Shown piece by piece: positions 63,525 through 64,000 of a stretch of DNA of 64,000 bases (within the stretch, counting starts at the first letter, position 1; each line of letters opens with the position of its first letter). The notes under the pieces were generated by a model. The model worked only from the letters and a program-made list of their open reading frames with translations. It ran no database searches and was not told where the DNA came from. The position numbers and the translations under genes are program-made. This DNA is from Nemertoderma westbladi (taxonomy: Eukaryota; Animalia; Xenacoelomorpha), in NCBI GenBank assembly GCA_032718475.1, contig JAUCBJ010000187.1, positions 1-64,000 on the forward strand, given 5' to 3'.

Positions 63525-64000
63525 CCGCTCCATGAAAACAGGATATTATCGTGCATAAAATATACGGTTTTCACCAATAATCAATCAAACTATAGAATAC
63601 TTAGGGCGTACTTACATATTTACAAATTAAATTTCAAACAATACTTCCTTTCTACATAATGATTCGATACAAAATAATTACAAATTCAAACTTTACATAT
63701 TTAAGGCTCTACTAAGTAAGTACAATATAAATCTAAATTAAATTCACTAATATAAATCTATTGCATCTCAATATTGCATAAATTCAAACAATTACAAATA
63801 CAAATAAATGAAAATCATAAGAAAGGCTCGCGAGTCTTCCATCTACTATTGCATCTCAAATATTGCATAAATTCAAATAATTACAAATACTTTCGTGCCT
63901 AAATGTAGATTGCATAAGTTCGGAATAATTACAAATATGAGTCTTTCTAAGCACAAAACTTTCTAACTATAAAACTTTCAAAATACAAAATATAACACTT
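63525..64000 (-). mobile_element. PPT and 3' UTR of BEL copy B' (continues beyond the window)
   Basis: Similar to A 9653-~9800; contains the family hairpin motif at 63821-63840. Confidence 0.85.

Overview
Repeat-dense eukaryotic nuclear DNA, very probably from an animal because BEL/Pao elements are essentially metazoan. It is a nest of decayed retroelements. It holds five pieces of BEL/Pao LTR retrotransposons from three families: C' 1-~4600 (+), A 7683-23531 (-), C 33047-46621 (+), B 46622-61621 (+) and B' 61622-64000 (-). It also holds a Gypsy-like 5' fragment, an RTE-like LINE fragment, an internally deleted Mag-like Gypsy element with a 5-bp TSD, several non-autonomous DNA transposons, and possibly one host signal-peptide exon. 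The main finding is a 1211-nt insertion (56496-57706) that splits the pol gene of element B exactly between two codons, with no TSD. It has the hallmarks of a self-splicing group I intron: a U.G splice-site pair with a perfectly matched internal guide sequence, a subgroup-ID-like P3-P8 core, and a terminal G. Removing it restores the Pol frame seen in the intron-less relative A. Families A and B also share a tRNA-like Pol III cassette in U3, a 20-nt hairpin motif dispersed 17 times, a covarying RNA structure after pol, no canonical tRNA PBS, and a spliced extra 3' ORF whose B copy ends in a WRN/EXD-like exonuclease domain. All calls were made by eye; no searches or folding programs were run.
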